From the NCBI RefSeq assembly GCF_006345805.1, contig NC_042997.1:111972001-112036000 (forward strand): 64,000 nt of DNA. Direction: 5' to 3'. Made by a program: the position numbers and the translations under genes. A model generated the notes under the pieces. The model was not told where the DNA came from, made no database searches, and was given only the letters and a program-made list of their open reading frames with translations. Below are positions 1 to 11,369 of this stretch, in pieces (position 1 is the stretch's first letter; every line of letters starts with the position of its first letter). Source of the DNA: Octopus sinensis (lineage: Eukaryota).

Positions 1-1047
1 CTTGTGAATGCGGTCAGGGAATGTCTCTGGGTGTTTTTCTAGCCAGAAATCAATTGCCTCAATACCATATTCATGTGGGATGTTGGTGTAGAGGTTGATG
101 ACATCAAAGGATACCAGGAGCGCCTCCTCGTTAACTGTTTTTGGGAGGTGTTTGAGCATGTCCAGATCATCCCTAATGAAACTTTTGATGTGGGTAAGGA
201 AAGGTTTCAAGAGGATGTCTAGGAAATTACTCAGGCGGTGTGTTTCACAGGAGGTGCCAGCCACGATGGGCTTTAGTTTTAGATCCTCCGGTGCTTTGAT
301 GTTGATGTGGATGTCAGAGGAGAGTTTGCAGGTTTCGGTGATGTATTTGTTTTTATGGATTTTAGGAAGGCCATAAAAAAGGCTAGACTTGCATTTGAAA
401 TTGGTGATATAATCCCTTTCTTTTTCTGTGAGTCCCTGACCGTGTTGGTGTATGAGTGTGGTGAAGTTTTTGATCGTTTTTTGTTGCTTATAGTTGTTAA
501 TTACCTCATAGAAAGTGTTGTTGTTTAGCATGGAAAGCACTAGGTGTTTATAAAACTCCGTGTCCATAAGGACCACATCGCTCTCTTTGTCGGCTTCTTT
601 GATGATAAGGCTTTTGTCCAGTTGTAGGTCACGAAGGTTTTTCCATTCTTCCCTATTGAAATTGGATTTTACCTTGGTTTTGCCTGGGGTAAAGGGGAGA
701 CTCTGGATGTGTTTGCAAAAATCGTCCAGTGCTTTATTTCTTCCTTTTGATGGTAGGAAGTTGCTTTTGTTCTTGATCAATGAATCGTCCCCATTGTTGA
801 GATCTGTCAGAGCTTCTGTTAAACGAAGTTTTCTGCAGAATTCAGAAACGTCATCCTTGACCTTGAGTGTTCTTGGGGTGGGTGTGAATTTCAAACCTCT
901 TGCTAGGATGTTGATTTGGGTTGGTGTCAGTGTTTTGCTGGAGAGGTTTATAATTTTTGTTTTCTTATTTTGGGTCTGTGTTAGCGGTGGTGTTTGTATT
1001 TTTCTCCTCTGTCTAAAAAATGGTTGTCGAGGTAAGGGGTGTATTGT
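1..1047 (-). CDS. Penelope-like element reverse transcriptase, partial (open frame runs off the left edge)
   Basis: Manual translation of the minus strand: stop-free from 1047 to 1, with PLE RT motifs INLSSKTLT, RGLKFTPTP, ADKESDVVLMD, FYGLPKIHK, KPIVAGTSCETHRLSNFLDILLKP and LVSFDVINLYTNIPH. Absent from the ORF track because there is no stop in the window. Confidence 0.9.
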
Positions 1048-1268
1048 TTATTAAAGTTCTGGTTGTATATGTAGGGGTGTTTTTGGGTGGGGAGGTTGGA
1101 AGGGGGTAGGTAGTTGTAGTACTTATGTTGGTATGGGATGCGATGGTGTAAGGCTTTGTGAGAAATGCGGTGGGTTTGTGGGTGTGCGTATGGTAGATTG
1201 TATGGGGGGATTTAGGGGGGTATGTATCTGTGGTGATTGGGTTCGTGTGGGATGTGAGGGTTTGGAGA
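1..1268 (-). mobile_element. Penelope-like retroelement (5' portion; low-complexity, frameshifted N-terminal region at 1048-1268)
   Basis: RT ORF described above; two in-frame stops at 1048-1053; upstream C/A-rich (Pro/His/Thr-like) tract. Confidence 0.8.
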
Positions 1269-1287
1269 TCGTTTAACAGAAGCTCTG

Positions 1288-2106
1288 ACAGACTGGAATT
1301 GTAGGCCCGTCTCTTGCAATTTCGATCAATTGGATCTTGTCCTCCTTCTTGTATAGAAGTGTACGGCTGCAGCGAAATTCATTTTTGGACTTTCTTCTAT
1401 CGAAGGCATTTAAAAAAATTGCTTCTGTAAAGACGGTGAAAATATTGTCAATTTTCCCAAACAGGGACAAAATTCAATTTTTAAACAATAACCAAAGCCC
1501 CTTCTCCGAAAGAGGGAGGGTTACGGTTTACAATTATTTAACAAATGCAACAAAACAACGTTTCCCTGACGAGGAGCCAACAAATGTGATTACAATAGTC
1601 AAACAGTAATAATAATAACAACAAGCCTTTTTAATTTATCCCCATTTATGTGAAACCACTTATTCAAATTCAAGTCATTGATGCAATTTTATACGAATTG
1701 CTAATACACACACACACACACGCACATAATAAGGGTGAAAAATTGAATATTAATTTGATTAATATGAACTGAAAACCAGTGGTGTAGCATATAAGACTAT
1801 ATCGGATCTTCTTCTAGCAAAATTCATGACCACTGTTAATGGTTCATCCCTGTTATATAATACTTTCACTGTAATAGTTTCAGTATTAAAGTGAATGTCT
1901 GCATTACAATAGAGATGTTTTTGTTTCACTTTTAACACGTAATACTGAAATAGTGGAGAAGATATGATATTGCTGTGGGGTCGCCCTAGGGACACTCCCC
2001 GGACCTTAAGTAAGGCATGTGTAAAATTTGAATGAAATTGGTTGTGTAGTTCTCAAGTTTTAGGGAAACACACAGACACACATTCTCAGTTTTATATATA
2101 TATAGA
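1288..2106 (-). mobile_element. Non-autonomous Helitron-like element, family X, copy 1 (diverged)
   Basis: 5' end A|TCTATATATATATAAAACTGAGAATG at 2106; blocks homologous to 35479-36655 and 47761-48766; homology ends at CCAGTCTGT. Confidence 0.75.
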
Positions 2107-2116
2107 TATATGTATG

Positions 2117-2193
<77 letters not shown>

Positions 2194-2210
2194 ATATATA
2201 TATTTATATA

Positions 2211-2247
<37 letters not shown>

Positions 2248-2357
2248 AAATATATATATATATGGCTGGCTGTCGACAGATATTTCTGCTTAAAAAAAAA
2301 TGGATTTTATCCTTCATATATATACTGTTCAGTATCTACGCGTTGAATACAATTTAT

Positions 2358-2448
<91 letters not shown>
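2107..2448. repeat. Two (TA)n/(TATG)n microsatellite tracts with a short unique spacer
   Basis: Visible dinucleotide runs at 2107-2262 and 2360-2448. Confidence 0.95.
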
Positions 2449-2452
<4 letters not shown>

Positions 2453-2937
2453 AAGCCTTGAAACTCTACTCCCTCCAGCGCCGCCGCGAGCGGTACATCA
2501 TTTGTACGATGTGGAGAATATACCGCCAGCATATATGTACCAAACGACCTGAACATTAATTTCAAGTTTTATCCAAGGCTGGGACCACGGGTCATACGTC
2601 CCCTGCCCAATTCAGGATCACAGCATATAGGTACACTGCGACATAATTTCTTTTCCTCAACAGGCCCTGCCCTGTTTAACATTGTCCCGAAAGAGATCAA
2701 AGAGGAAAAGAATCCCATCACCATTAAACGGAGTCTGGACAGATTTTTTCTAGGAATAACGGATAAGCCACCCATACCCGGATACAACTCACTCAACAAG
2801 AACTCAGTACTTGAATGGACCATAAACAAAACATGACTTTAAAAGGATTTAGATAATCCTATCAGGTGCTGCTATTAAGTTAGACATGGCCTGGACCAAT
2901 CTTTGGTCGAAACATATCTAAGTTTATCTAAGTTTAT
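2449..2937 (+). mobile_element. CR1-clade LINE 3' end (5'-truncated)
   Basis: Encodes ALKLYSLQRRRERYIIC...LFNIVPKEI...SLDRF; 3' stem-loop GGACC..GGTC and terminal ATCTAAGTTT x2; close paralogue at 33925-34590. Confidence 0.85.
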
Positions 2938-3193
2938 ATATATATTATATAAGCATAAAGGACAAGGTATAAATAATGGTCATTCTATCTTTTTACTTTA
3001 TTGGGGCAACAATGTAGAATGGTGGTGAACTATAAACCTCGGACCCTGTCACAAGAATACTTGGAGTTCTTTACTAATCTAAACAATATTGTTAGCCTTG
3101 TGTGCTTACAGAAAGAGCTGACGAAGTATTTTGCCTGGATTGATAATCCCTCACTAATATCTATCTATCTATCTGTCTGTATATATATCTATC

Positions 3194-3243
<50 letters not shown>

Positions 3244-3758
3244 TTAAAGATATATATATATATATATATACACGCACAATGAAAAAAGCCGTCTGTAATA
3301 CGTCGAATAACGTTCATAAATGTAGTTATGTAACGATATGATTGTCTTGCGTTACCAAACTATATTCCCGAGGCGTTAATAAAAGACATTTTGTCTAAAT
3401 ATAAATGGATCTTATTGAGAAAATAGAAAACATTAAAGTCTGTTTCATGGAATTAAACAAATATACAAAACTCATTGGTCCTATAAAAATTCTTAAACTT
3501 TTTAACTTCCTAGCACAATCTTTACAAGATAACAGCCGATCGGAATATTGATTGGTGAGTTGGCTGGCTGGTCGATTGGTTGTTCTTTCGAGTCACACTT
3601 TGCGTTGTATAGAGAGAGAATAACAAAGAGGGAGAGTGAGGGGGAAGAGAGAGAGAGAGAGAGAATAAATGACAGTTTCAAGGGGAGTTAACATAAGAGC
3701 TGCAGGATAAGTACACATACTAGGCTTGATGGCAAGCAATGAGTAAATGAACGCTACA

Positions 3759-3823
<65 letters not shown>

Positions 3824-4467
3824 GCAGAAAGTGAGAAAGAATGACAGAGGTAGTGGAGGAGGAAGAAAGGGAATATGTGTATGTGCTAAGTCGTCAACCA
3901 CAGAGTTCAGATTATTCAGCTCAGGACCATAAAAGGAAAAGTGTTGCCATGAAACGACATTAACGCTTATGTGAATATGGTTCGACCTATTAGTATTGGC
4001 TGGTTTATTATGGTTGACGCGACAGACTTCAAAGGAAGTGTGCGAGTTTTCTCGCCAAACCGTTTTGCCGAAGTTTCTAGAAAGGTGGCTTACAGTTATA
4101 AAAACCTGGCAAATTCAACCGCAGACCAGAGCCACTCAGTCGTCTCCAGATGAATCTATGTCACTTTACTCAGCGAGTTGGTCTTTTCCCCCTCTTTCAC
4201 TTTCCTTTACTAACGTCATTAATATGGTCTTTTAATATGGTCTCCCCCTCCTTTCACTTTCCTTTTAATATGTTAATGTATTCGACAAAAGACCCCCAAC
4301 TTCTAATTCCAACGTCGGATAACAGATATTAATTATAAGCAGTGATTTATATTCGTATTTCGTCTTCATTCGCTGTGAATTCCTTTTATGACATTATCTA
4401 TCATGTAGTATTACAGGAAAGTCCTAACGCTCTTGTTCGTTATTTCGTGAACCTTCTTCCAATAATT

Positions 4468-4673
4468 GGCAGAATCGTTAGCACGCCGGGCGAAATACGT
4501 AGCCGTATTACGTCGGCCGTTACGTTCTGAGTTCAAATTCCGCCGAGATCGACTTTGCCTTTCATCCTTTCGAGGTCGATAAATTAAGTACCAGTTACGC
4601 ACTGCGGTCGATGTAATCGACTTAATCCGTTTGTTTGTTCCCTCTATGTTTAGCCACTTGTGGGTCGTAAAGA
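4468..4673 (+). mobile_element. tRNA-derived SINE family S1
   Basis: GGCAGAATCGTTAGCAC head, GAGTTCAAATTCC B-box, GCCTTTCATCCTTTCG.GGTCGATAAA core; flanked by an AATAATT duplication (4461-4467/4674-4680). Confidence 0.85.
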
Positions 4674-4998
4674 AATAATTATATGGATTAATAAAGATAT
4701 ATGAAAACTCGAATATTCTTGGGGATAAGCAGTGAAAAGAAGCTATGTCCGGCCACTTAGAATAAAGAACTCACAGATAAGTCTGAGAATGAATAAAATA
4801 TCTAATATATAATTGATTCTCCGACGATATATATTTTGCTTCGCATGTGGTTCTTTGAGATCCAGTAATTATGTTTTAGTTCCTGAAAGGTCACGGGCAA
4901 AACAAAATATATTTTGTAGGATTACGGATTAAATATTTTGAAAACTGAAATATTAGTATGATCGTTCTTGCCTTCATGCGCAACCTACCTAACACGAG

Positions 4999-5162
4999 AA
5001 GGCGGTGAGCCAGCAGAATCGTTAGCATGCCGGACGAAATGCTGCTAAGTATTTCGTCCGTCTTTACGTTCTGAATTCAAATTCCGCCGAGGTCGACTTC
5101 AATTTTCATCCTTTCGGGGTCGATAAAATAGGTACTAGTTGAGCACTTGGGTCAATGTAATC
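4999..5162 (+). mobile_element. SINE S1 copy
   Basis: Same head, B-box and core as the other S1 copies. Confidence 0.8.
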
Positions 5163-5191
5163 TATAACTTAACTAATATTGTGAGCTACCA

Positions 5192-5375
5192 GAGCGCGGC
5201 GAGCTGGAAGAATCGTTAGCATGTCGGACGAAATGCTGAGTTCAAATTCCGCCGAGGTGGACTTTACTTTTATCCTTTCGGGGTCGATAAAATAAGTACC
5301 AGCTGAATCCTGGGGTCGTTGTAATCGACTTAATCCCTCCTCGAAATTGCTGGCATTGTGTCAAAATTTGGAACC
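5192..5375 (+). mobile_element. SINE S1 copy with 17-bp target-site duplication
   Basis: Flanks AATATTGTGAGCTACCA (5175-5191) and AATATTATGAACTACCA (5376-5392). Confidence 0.85.
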
Positions 5376-5837
5376 AATATTATGAACTACCAACGAGGAC
5401 TATGCGACAAAATCACTAGACTAAACTACGAACCCCCGCATTTTCATGGCCCCTGTATTAAATACATCTTTATTGCTGTAATATTACTTTAAATTTGCCT
5501 TTAATTTATGAATGGTTTGGGAGTTTTAAGGTGGATTCACTTACTTAGAATCCTCAGGAGATGCAATACACTTTAAATTAGACTCACTACAAACTATCAA
5601 TTCCAGTTCGATGATTTTCTGTTTGCTCTTTTCCTATAATAAGCTTCAAATTAAACAAATTAACGAAGGTCTTATTGAAAGGCAGCGCTAAATGGGCAGG
5701 ATTGCTTCATTTGTGCCGACAGCTAATTAATAAATAGACTTGCTATGAAATGTTAATGGATAAAACTGGATAAATGGATTTAAGAAGGTTATTGTTCTTA
5801 GCTATAATATAAAGGGATTAATAAATATGTTCATTTA

Positions 5838-6037
5838 TTCTTTTATTCCTTTACTTGTTTCAGTCATTTGACTGCGGCAATGCTGGCGCACCGTCTTTAG
5901 TCGAACAAATCGACCCCAGAACTTATTCTTTGTAAGCCCAGTGCTTATTTTGTCGGTCTCTTTTGCCGAACCGCTATGTTACGGGAATGTATACACACCA
6001 ACATCGGTTGTCAAGCGATAATGGGGAGCCAAACACA

Positions 6038-6045
<8 letters not shown>
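5838..6045 (-). mobile_element. SINE family S2, 3' half
   Basis: Reverse complement of the S2 tail (...CTGGGGTCGATTTG.TCGACTAAAG.CGGTGC.CCAGCAT.GCCGCAGTCAAATGACTGAAAC). Confidence 0.8.
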
Positions 6046-6104
<59 letters not shown>

Positions 6105-6206
6105 TCGGGGTGAGTACTTGATAATTATAAGCACCTGTGTATACCGTTTGGTGGTGTAGGTGGTGGAGTAAATTGATCAAAATAAAAACATGATGCCAAG
6201 GATTCA

Positions 6207-6284
6207 GCGGTACATATGTTTCGGGCCTTTATTAGACAGATTTATAACAATGCATAATGTATGTCTGTGGCCTTCTTCAGCCGC
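6207..6284 (-). ncRNA. Type I hammerhead ribozyme motif (family F)
   Basis: Minus strand GCGG-CUGAAGA-A-GGCC..GGCC-C-GAAA-CAUAUG-UA|CCGC: 4-bp GC stem I, intact core, palindromic stem III ACAUAUGU, GUA triplet; A.C mismatch at the base of stem II. Confidence 0.75.
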
Positions 6285-6505
6285 GCACAACAGCTTCCAC
6301 ATATATATATATATATATATACATACACATATATATATACACACACACACATATATACATACGCCATTTTCGTTCCACCGGCCACTCCTTGCAACACCTG
6401 TCTGTGTTCGGATTGTCCTTGCAGAGAGGCCATCCGGATTCTCGCTTGCGCCGTGAACAGGGATTAATCTTCTCTCTTCGCTCTTTTACGCCATTTGGTC
6501 TCAAC

Positions 6506-6900
6506 TCTCCCCCCCCCCCCTTTTCATCTAACCTCCTCCCCGACTCCTACTTCTCTTCAGTCCTTCATCTTTTCACCCCTACTCTCTTTCCCTCCTCTTC
6601 CCTTCTTTCTCTTCTTCCCTCTTCTTTCTTATTTTTTCTTCCCTCTTCCCCTTCTCTCTTTCTCTCTACTCCCTCACTCCCCTTCTCTCCCCCTCCCCCT
6701 CCCCTCCTCTCTCCCTCTCCCATCCTTTCCCACCTCCTCCTCTTCTCCCTCCCCCCTCTCTCCATCATCTCCCTTCCCCTCCTCTCTCTTCCCTCCTCTC
6801 TCTTCTCTCCCCACTCACTCTCCCCACAAACCCCACTCTACCCCAACTCCCAGCCGAACCCACACCCCACATGGGCTTTCCCCACTCTCGCCCCACCTCC
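6506..6900. repeat. Polypyrimidine (C/T) low-complexity tract
   Basis: ~390 bp almost free of purines on the plus strand. Confidence 0.9.
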
Positions 6901-7186
6901 CCACAACATCACACCACACTACACTACACCATACGACATTACACATCACATCATACATACATACACACGCCCAGACCACCAGCCCTCTTTCACACGCACA
7001 TAACATGCTCTCTTATACACACATGCACCTTCATGTTGGGGCGAAGTCACTTGACCCTGTTATCTCCCCTACTATCCATCTAACGTCTGACCTCTGATCT
7101 CTGACTTCTGCCTGAAATCAGAACGCCATGTTGGATCGTTAGCTCCTACACGCATTTTTTTTCTCTCCTTGTTTCTTTTCTGTGTA

Positions 7187-7224
7187 TCTTTCTGTCGAAG
7201 AGAGTAGGCTCGAAACGTAAAAGA
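7187..7224 (+). ncRNA. Minimal hammerhead motif (family B) with core variant CUGUCGA
   Basis: UCUUU-CUGUCGA-A-GAG(a)GUAG(g)CUC-GAAA-CG-UA|AAAGA: 5-bp stem I, palindromic ACGU stem III, GUA triplet. Confidence 0.6.
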
Positions 7225-7336
7225 CTTGTTTTATTTCTATTCCTGAGCGCCATACTAATACAATTGTTTGTTTGTACTCCACCTGCCTTCGTATTTTGTT
7301 TATTTTCGTAAACCTTCCCGTTATATATATATATAC

Positions 7337-7416
<80 letters not shown>

Positions 7417-7447
7417 AACATATATATATATATACATATTATATATA

Positions 7448-8321
7448 CTAGCAGAATTGCCCGGCGATGCTCGGGGCTGAATTGCTTGAAAGTACTGTTA
7501 ATGATTTCACTGAATTATGATGATTATTCAGGCAAATATTGATATAAGTTTACGGTGGGAGATAAGGACTTAACGATCAAGCGTGTGCCATTGCATTGTT
7601 TTGGAGGAACCAAATTTCTAATGAGCATTATAGGGGCACCAACTTTAAGTTTGAGAATGTGTGGTGGTAGTCCGGGGGGCTCAAAGGAATTGAGTACCTC
7701 TATTGGATAGTTGATGACGTCCTCTGGGTCAGGAGTTGTATCGATAGACTTATATACATAGACATCCCCAGGAATGATTTTTAGCATTTCATCATTAATA
7801 TGGTGAACAGTTTTATTCCTCGGGGCCAGAATAGCCCTTTGGCCAATCCAATCCATATTCTGATAATTAGCTTGTAGATCTGGGAACACTGCATCTCTGA
7901 GATCAGAAGGCGTTTTAACAATGGTACAAATGGAATCGATGGCAATATTACCATTTTCATCCCCTGACATTTTGCCATCGCCAAGTTGAGAGTTAAAAAG
8001 GTCGAGTTGCGTCCCCTAGACAGTCTGTACCAGGAATAGCTGGATATTGATGGAGTTGAGAGTTAAAAAGGTCGAGTTGCGTCCCCTAGACAGTCTGTGG
8101 TTTGTGTTTCTGATTCTCGACCCCATGTCAAATTTATCGATTTTTTCAGAACTGGGGGAACTTTTCAAAATTTTCGCTGCGTTAGTTTTGAATTATGACA
8201 TTGGGCTATGTGTGTGTCAAGTTTCATCAGAATCGGTTGAAAGCCGTGGTCAGGGTGAGGGTACAACCTAACAGACACACAGACACGCACACAGACAAAC
8301 TGCCGTTTATATAGAGAGAGA
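7448..8321 (-). mobile_element. Helitron deletion derivative carrying a helicase fragment
   Basis: A|TCTCTCTCTATATAAACGGC 5' end at 8321; 3' CCCGAGCATCGCCGGG hairpin + CTAG|T at 7448; no TSD. Confidence 0.9.
7524..7970 (-). pseudogene. Helitron RepHel PIF1-like helicase C-terminal fragment
   Basis: RAILAPRNKTVHHIN...YPIEVLNSFEPPGLPPHILKLKVGAPIMLIRNLVPPKQCNGTRLIV, a canonical PIF1/Helitron helicase segment. Confidence 0.9.
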
Positions 8322-9362
8322 TATTTAAAAAATTGAACAAGAATGTAACAGACGACAACAAAACCGCCGGACAGACAGACGATACAAAGACGGACATGAA
8401 AAACAACAAAAGGCCGGACAGGAAAAAACAAGGACAGGTCATTCGCAGTTTTCTCTCGTCAGTCAGGTTTCCCAATCATCCTTACAATTTCGGTCTATCA
8501 CACTTGAGACTGTTCAAATCTGGCTGTCCCCAAAAGTCTAAGCTAACAGCATTAAATATTTTGGGAGAAAGCAAGCGAATGTGTACGACAACAAAGATGA
8601 AAAAATGGAGAAAGCGTTACGCAATAACAAATACGAACAACAAGAAAATAATAACAGGTGTCTTTCAACTGATAGAGACGAAGCAAATTGAGCTGGCGTG
8701 TATAAATTGAAAGCCTTAAGGCATGAACATAGATGAACTTAAGAGTGAACCTTGAGTGAACTTCTCATACTGGCGCTTGGTGCATAAAAGCACACACATA
8801 GATCTAACAGGCGAGAATTGTCTGTTGTGGGTGCCGGAACTATGTGTGTGTGTGTGTGTGTGTGTACACACACACACATGTAATGTGTCTAGGATTGAAC
8901 AGACAGAACACAACAAGGTGGAAAGTTTAGACGAAAGCAGGGCAAACGGGAAGCTAGACGAAAACTCAACGGACGAGGAATATAGACAACGACACGATAC
9001 GCGAAATATTTGCAGCTGAGTTTTCCTCGTCAGTCAATGAACTAAAATATCATCGTGTTTTCGCACCATTATCATTGAGACCACTCAGTCTTGGAGGCAC
9101 CAGTGCTGTTATTAAGCTACTGGGAAAAAAGTAGCGAATGTATTCTGAAACAGAAACAAACAAGACAATATACAACAGAAGAAGAATGATTCATATATAA
9201 CAACGCGAAGCCTTATGGCTATATACACCAGAAGAAAAAACAATTATACAAATAACACAAAGAGCCCTGCAGCTATCAGAGAAACTAAGTGAGGTGGTCC
9301 ATTTGACGATTCCCCCCTCCTCCTCCTCCTCCTCCTCATTCTTTAGATTTTTGCCTTTCTCC

Positions 9363-9395
9363 TTTCTGACGAAGAGCTATGCTCGAAACGTTAAA
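9363..9395 (+). ncRNA. Minimal hammerhead motif (family C)
   Basis: UUU-CUGACGA-A-GAGC(UAU)GCUC-GAAA-CG-UU|AAA: intact core, 4-bp stem II, AACGUU palindrome; stem I is only 3 A-U pairs. Confidence 0.6.
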
Positions 9396-9535
9396 CTCTC
9401 TCCTTTCACCAAGCGGAAAGCTAATATACTTCTTGTGCACGCCCTCAAGTTCGTTGTTTTCCTTTTTTTCGGTTTTCATCCGTTTATTTGAATTGGCTAG
9501 CTATAGATAATATAATATAATATAATATAATACAT

Positions 9536-9570
<35 letters not shown>

Positions 9571-9579
9571 TACTCACAA

Positions 9580-9778
9580 GCACAAAGCCTGAGATTTTGT
9601 GTTAGGAGACTCGTCGATTACATCGACCTCAAGTTTCGACAGGTATTCATTTTATCGACCTCGAAAGGATGAAAGGCAGAGTCGACCACAGCAGAAATTG
9701 AACTCAAAACATAAAGACGTACAAACTGTCGCCAATCATTTTGCTCGGCGTGCAAACTATTCTGCCGGTTCGCCGTCC
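9580..9778 (-). mobile_element. SINE S1 copy
   Basis: Reverse complement of the S1 head and core. Confidence 0.75.
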
Positions 9779-9899
9779 GACGAACTGTATATAATATTTA
9801 TCTATGTATGTTCTCTTTCTCTTTTCAACATAGGATATATTCTGACCGGCTCCCTATTTGATAGTAAGGTTCTGAAGGAAAGCATCTTGTTTTAACCAT

Positions 9900-10700
9900 C
9901 ATCCTTTAAGTCTTAAGAAGTTCTTGCAGACTGTAATTGTCCGAGATATTGTGATCAGTTGTAGCGAATGAATTGAGGATTAACATTCTCTGCCCAAATT
10001 CCCCATTTCAAACGATACTTAGCTCCATACGGGTTACTGTGGCTCCAATAATCTCTCTATATATATAAAGCTGAAGTTATCTGTGTATGGCAGGTTTGGT
10101 AGCCTTCAACTATAACACTATCTCCTCCGAGACTCTGCGGCGCAAGTTGACCAAAATTGAGAGTATGATAGAAGAGGGCTTGCTCTTCCTTCCATAGAAG
10201 AAAAAATTCAAATCGGACCATGTTAACATCAAAAATTATTTACATCAAAAAGGTGCTTTTTTTCTATGAAAATCCCTATTTTTTACGATTTTTTTACTGC
10301 TGTGTCGCCATTTTTCGGTGTATTTCAACCAGAAAAAATGTTCACTTAAAGAGAATAACAAGCTACATAATGCAAAATTTTTACTTTTCAAAAATTCCAA
10401 TTCTAAAGGGTCGAAACAAACCCGAGCAACGGCGGGCGATACAGCTAGCAACTGATATGAAGCTGAGAGTGTATATTGGATACTGGTTTTGCAAATTCTT
10501 TATCAATGCTGCATAGATGCTCTCATTCGCCTGTATTTTTCTAACCACACTGGCGTCGAGAGGGTAGCTGGTTTTAAAACAGAACATATCTTTTTCTTGT
10601 GTCACTGTTCAGTTTTATTCCAGGATTTCTTGCCAGTAGAGAAAGAGATGGTTTCTAATATAGATCCATAGCTCCTTCATTGGAATTTCAATAACATCAA
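9900..10700 (-). pseudogene. Degraded RLE-type (NeSL/R4-like) LINE C-terminus, split by a Helitron
   Basis: KTSYPLDASVVRKIQANESIYAALIKNLQNQYPIYTLSFISV|VIGAT resembles the RLE ends at 11415 and 53495. Confidence 0.6.
10052..10448 (+). mobile_element. Short non-autonomous Helitron
   Basis: A|TCTCTCTATATATATAAAGC start; CCCGAGCAACGGCGGG hairpin then CAGCTAG end; no TSD. Confidence 0.85.
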
Positions 10701-10815
10701 CAACGTATTTTTGCATGAATGTGTGTGTGTGTGTATGTGTGTGCGTGCAGTATTTGGAGTCAGTGCATATGCAGATTCGTATGTTTTGTATTATGTATGT
10801 ATTCTCATGTATATA

Positions 10816-11367
10816 CAATAATACTTCACTTTATGAGGAGCCGCTTTACAAGTCCCGGGTTTACGAGTTTTATTTTGTAATAAATATAAAGATCCAAATT
10901 TTGAACCAAGTGTAAATGTTTCTACTACCATAACAAATGCTTCTGCGTGTTACCGAGAAATTTATAGAGAAAGAAAGAAAGCTTCTTCTAAGCAAACAAC
11001 TCTAGACCTGTTCTTAAAAAGAAATCTACAAGTCCGTCTACGAGTACTTGTGAATCGCCGATCGCGTCTACAAGTGATGGTGTGCGCGAGTCTAGTGCGA
11101 GTGAAAGTGATTCAGAAAACGATTATAGTAATAATATTTTTTTTTTGTAAATGATTTTGACATTCTTTTTACTTTACATAGAATATTCTTTACATTCTAT
11201 TGTTGTTTTATTGCCATTTGTTTACAAGTACTATAAATTAAATGGGTAAAATATTTGTCTGGGAACGAACTACGATTTATAACATTGCTACTATGGAAAA
11301 TTATCGCTCTGCTTTACGAGTTTTCGCTTTACGAACGGACTCCGGGAACAAATTAATTCGTATACTG
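10816..11367 (+). mobile_element. pogo/Tigger-like non-autonomous DNA transposon
   Basis: TA|CAATAATAC...TATACTG|TA ends; subterminal TTTACGAG repeats; internal CYREIYRERKKASSKQTTLDLFL resembling the Tigger transposase C-terminus. Confidence 0.65.
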
Positions 11368-11369
11368 TA

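Larger units (their letters stand above)
6362..7322 (+). mobile_element. 5'-truncated Penelope-like element: GIY-YIG endonuclease C-terminus, pyrimidine-rich 3' region and terminal repeat with hammerhead
   Basis: 6362-6505 translates RHFRSTGHSLQHLSVFGL...RREQGLIFSLRSFTPFGLN (typical PLE EN end E..LI..L....P.GLN); hammerhead motif at 7187-7224. Confidence 0.75.

Noticed and set aside
2890-2925. GGACC/GGTC hairpin + GAAACATATC at the CR1 3' end looks hammerhead-like
   Set aside because: No CUGANGA upstream in either CR1 copy; it is the ordinary LINE 3' stem-loop.
8440-9040. Two minus-strand CTGACGA motifs in a shared GCAG..TTTTC.CTCGTCAGTCA context
   Set aside because: No stem II followed by GAAA and stem III; probably remnants of a repeat.
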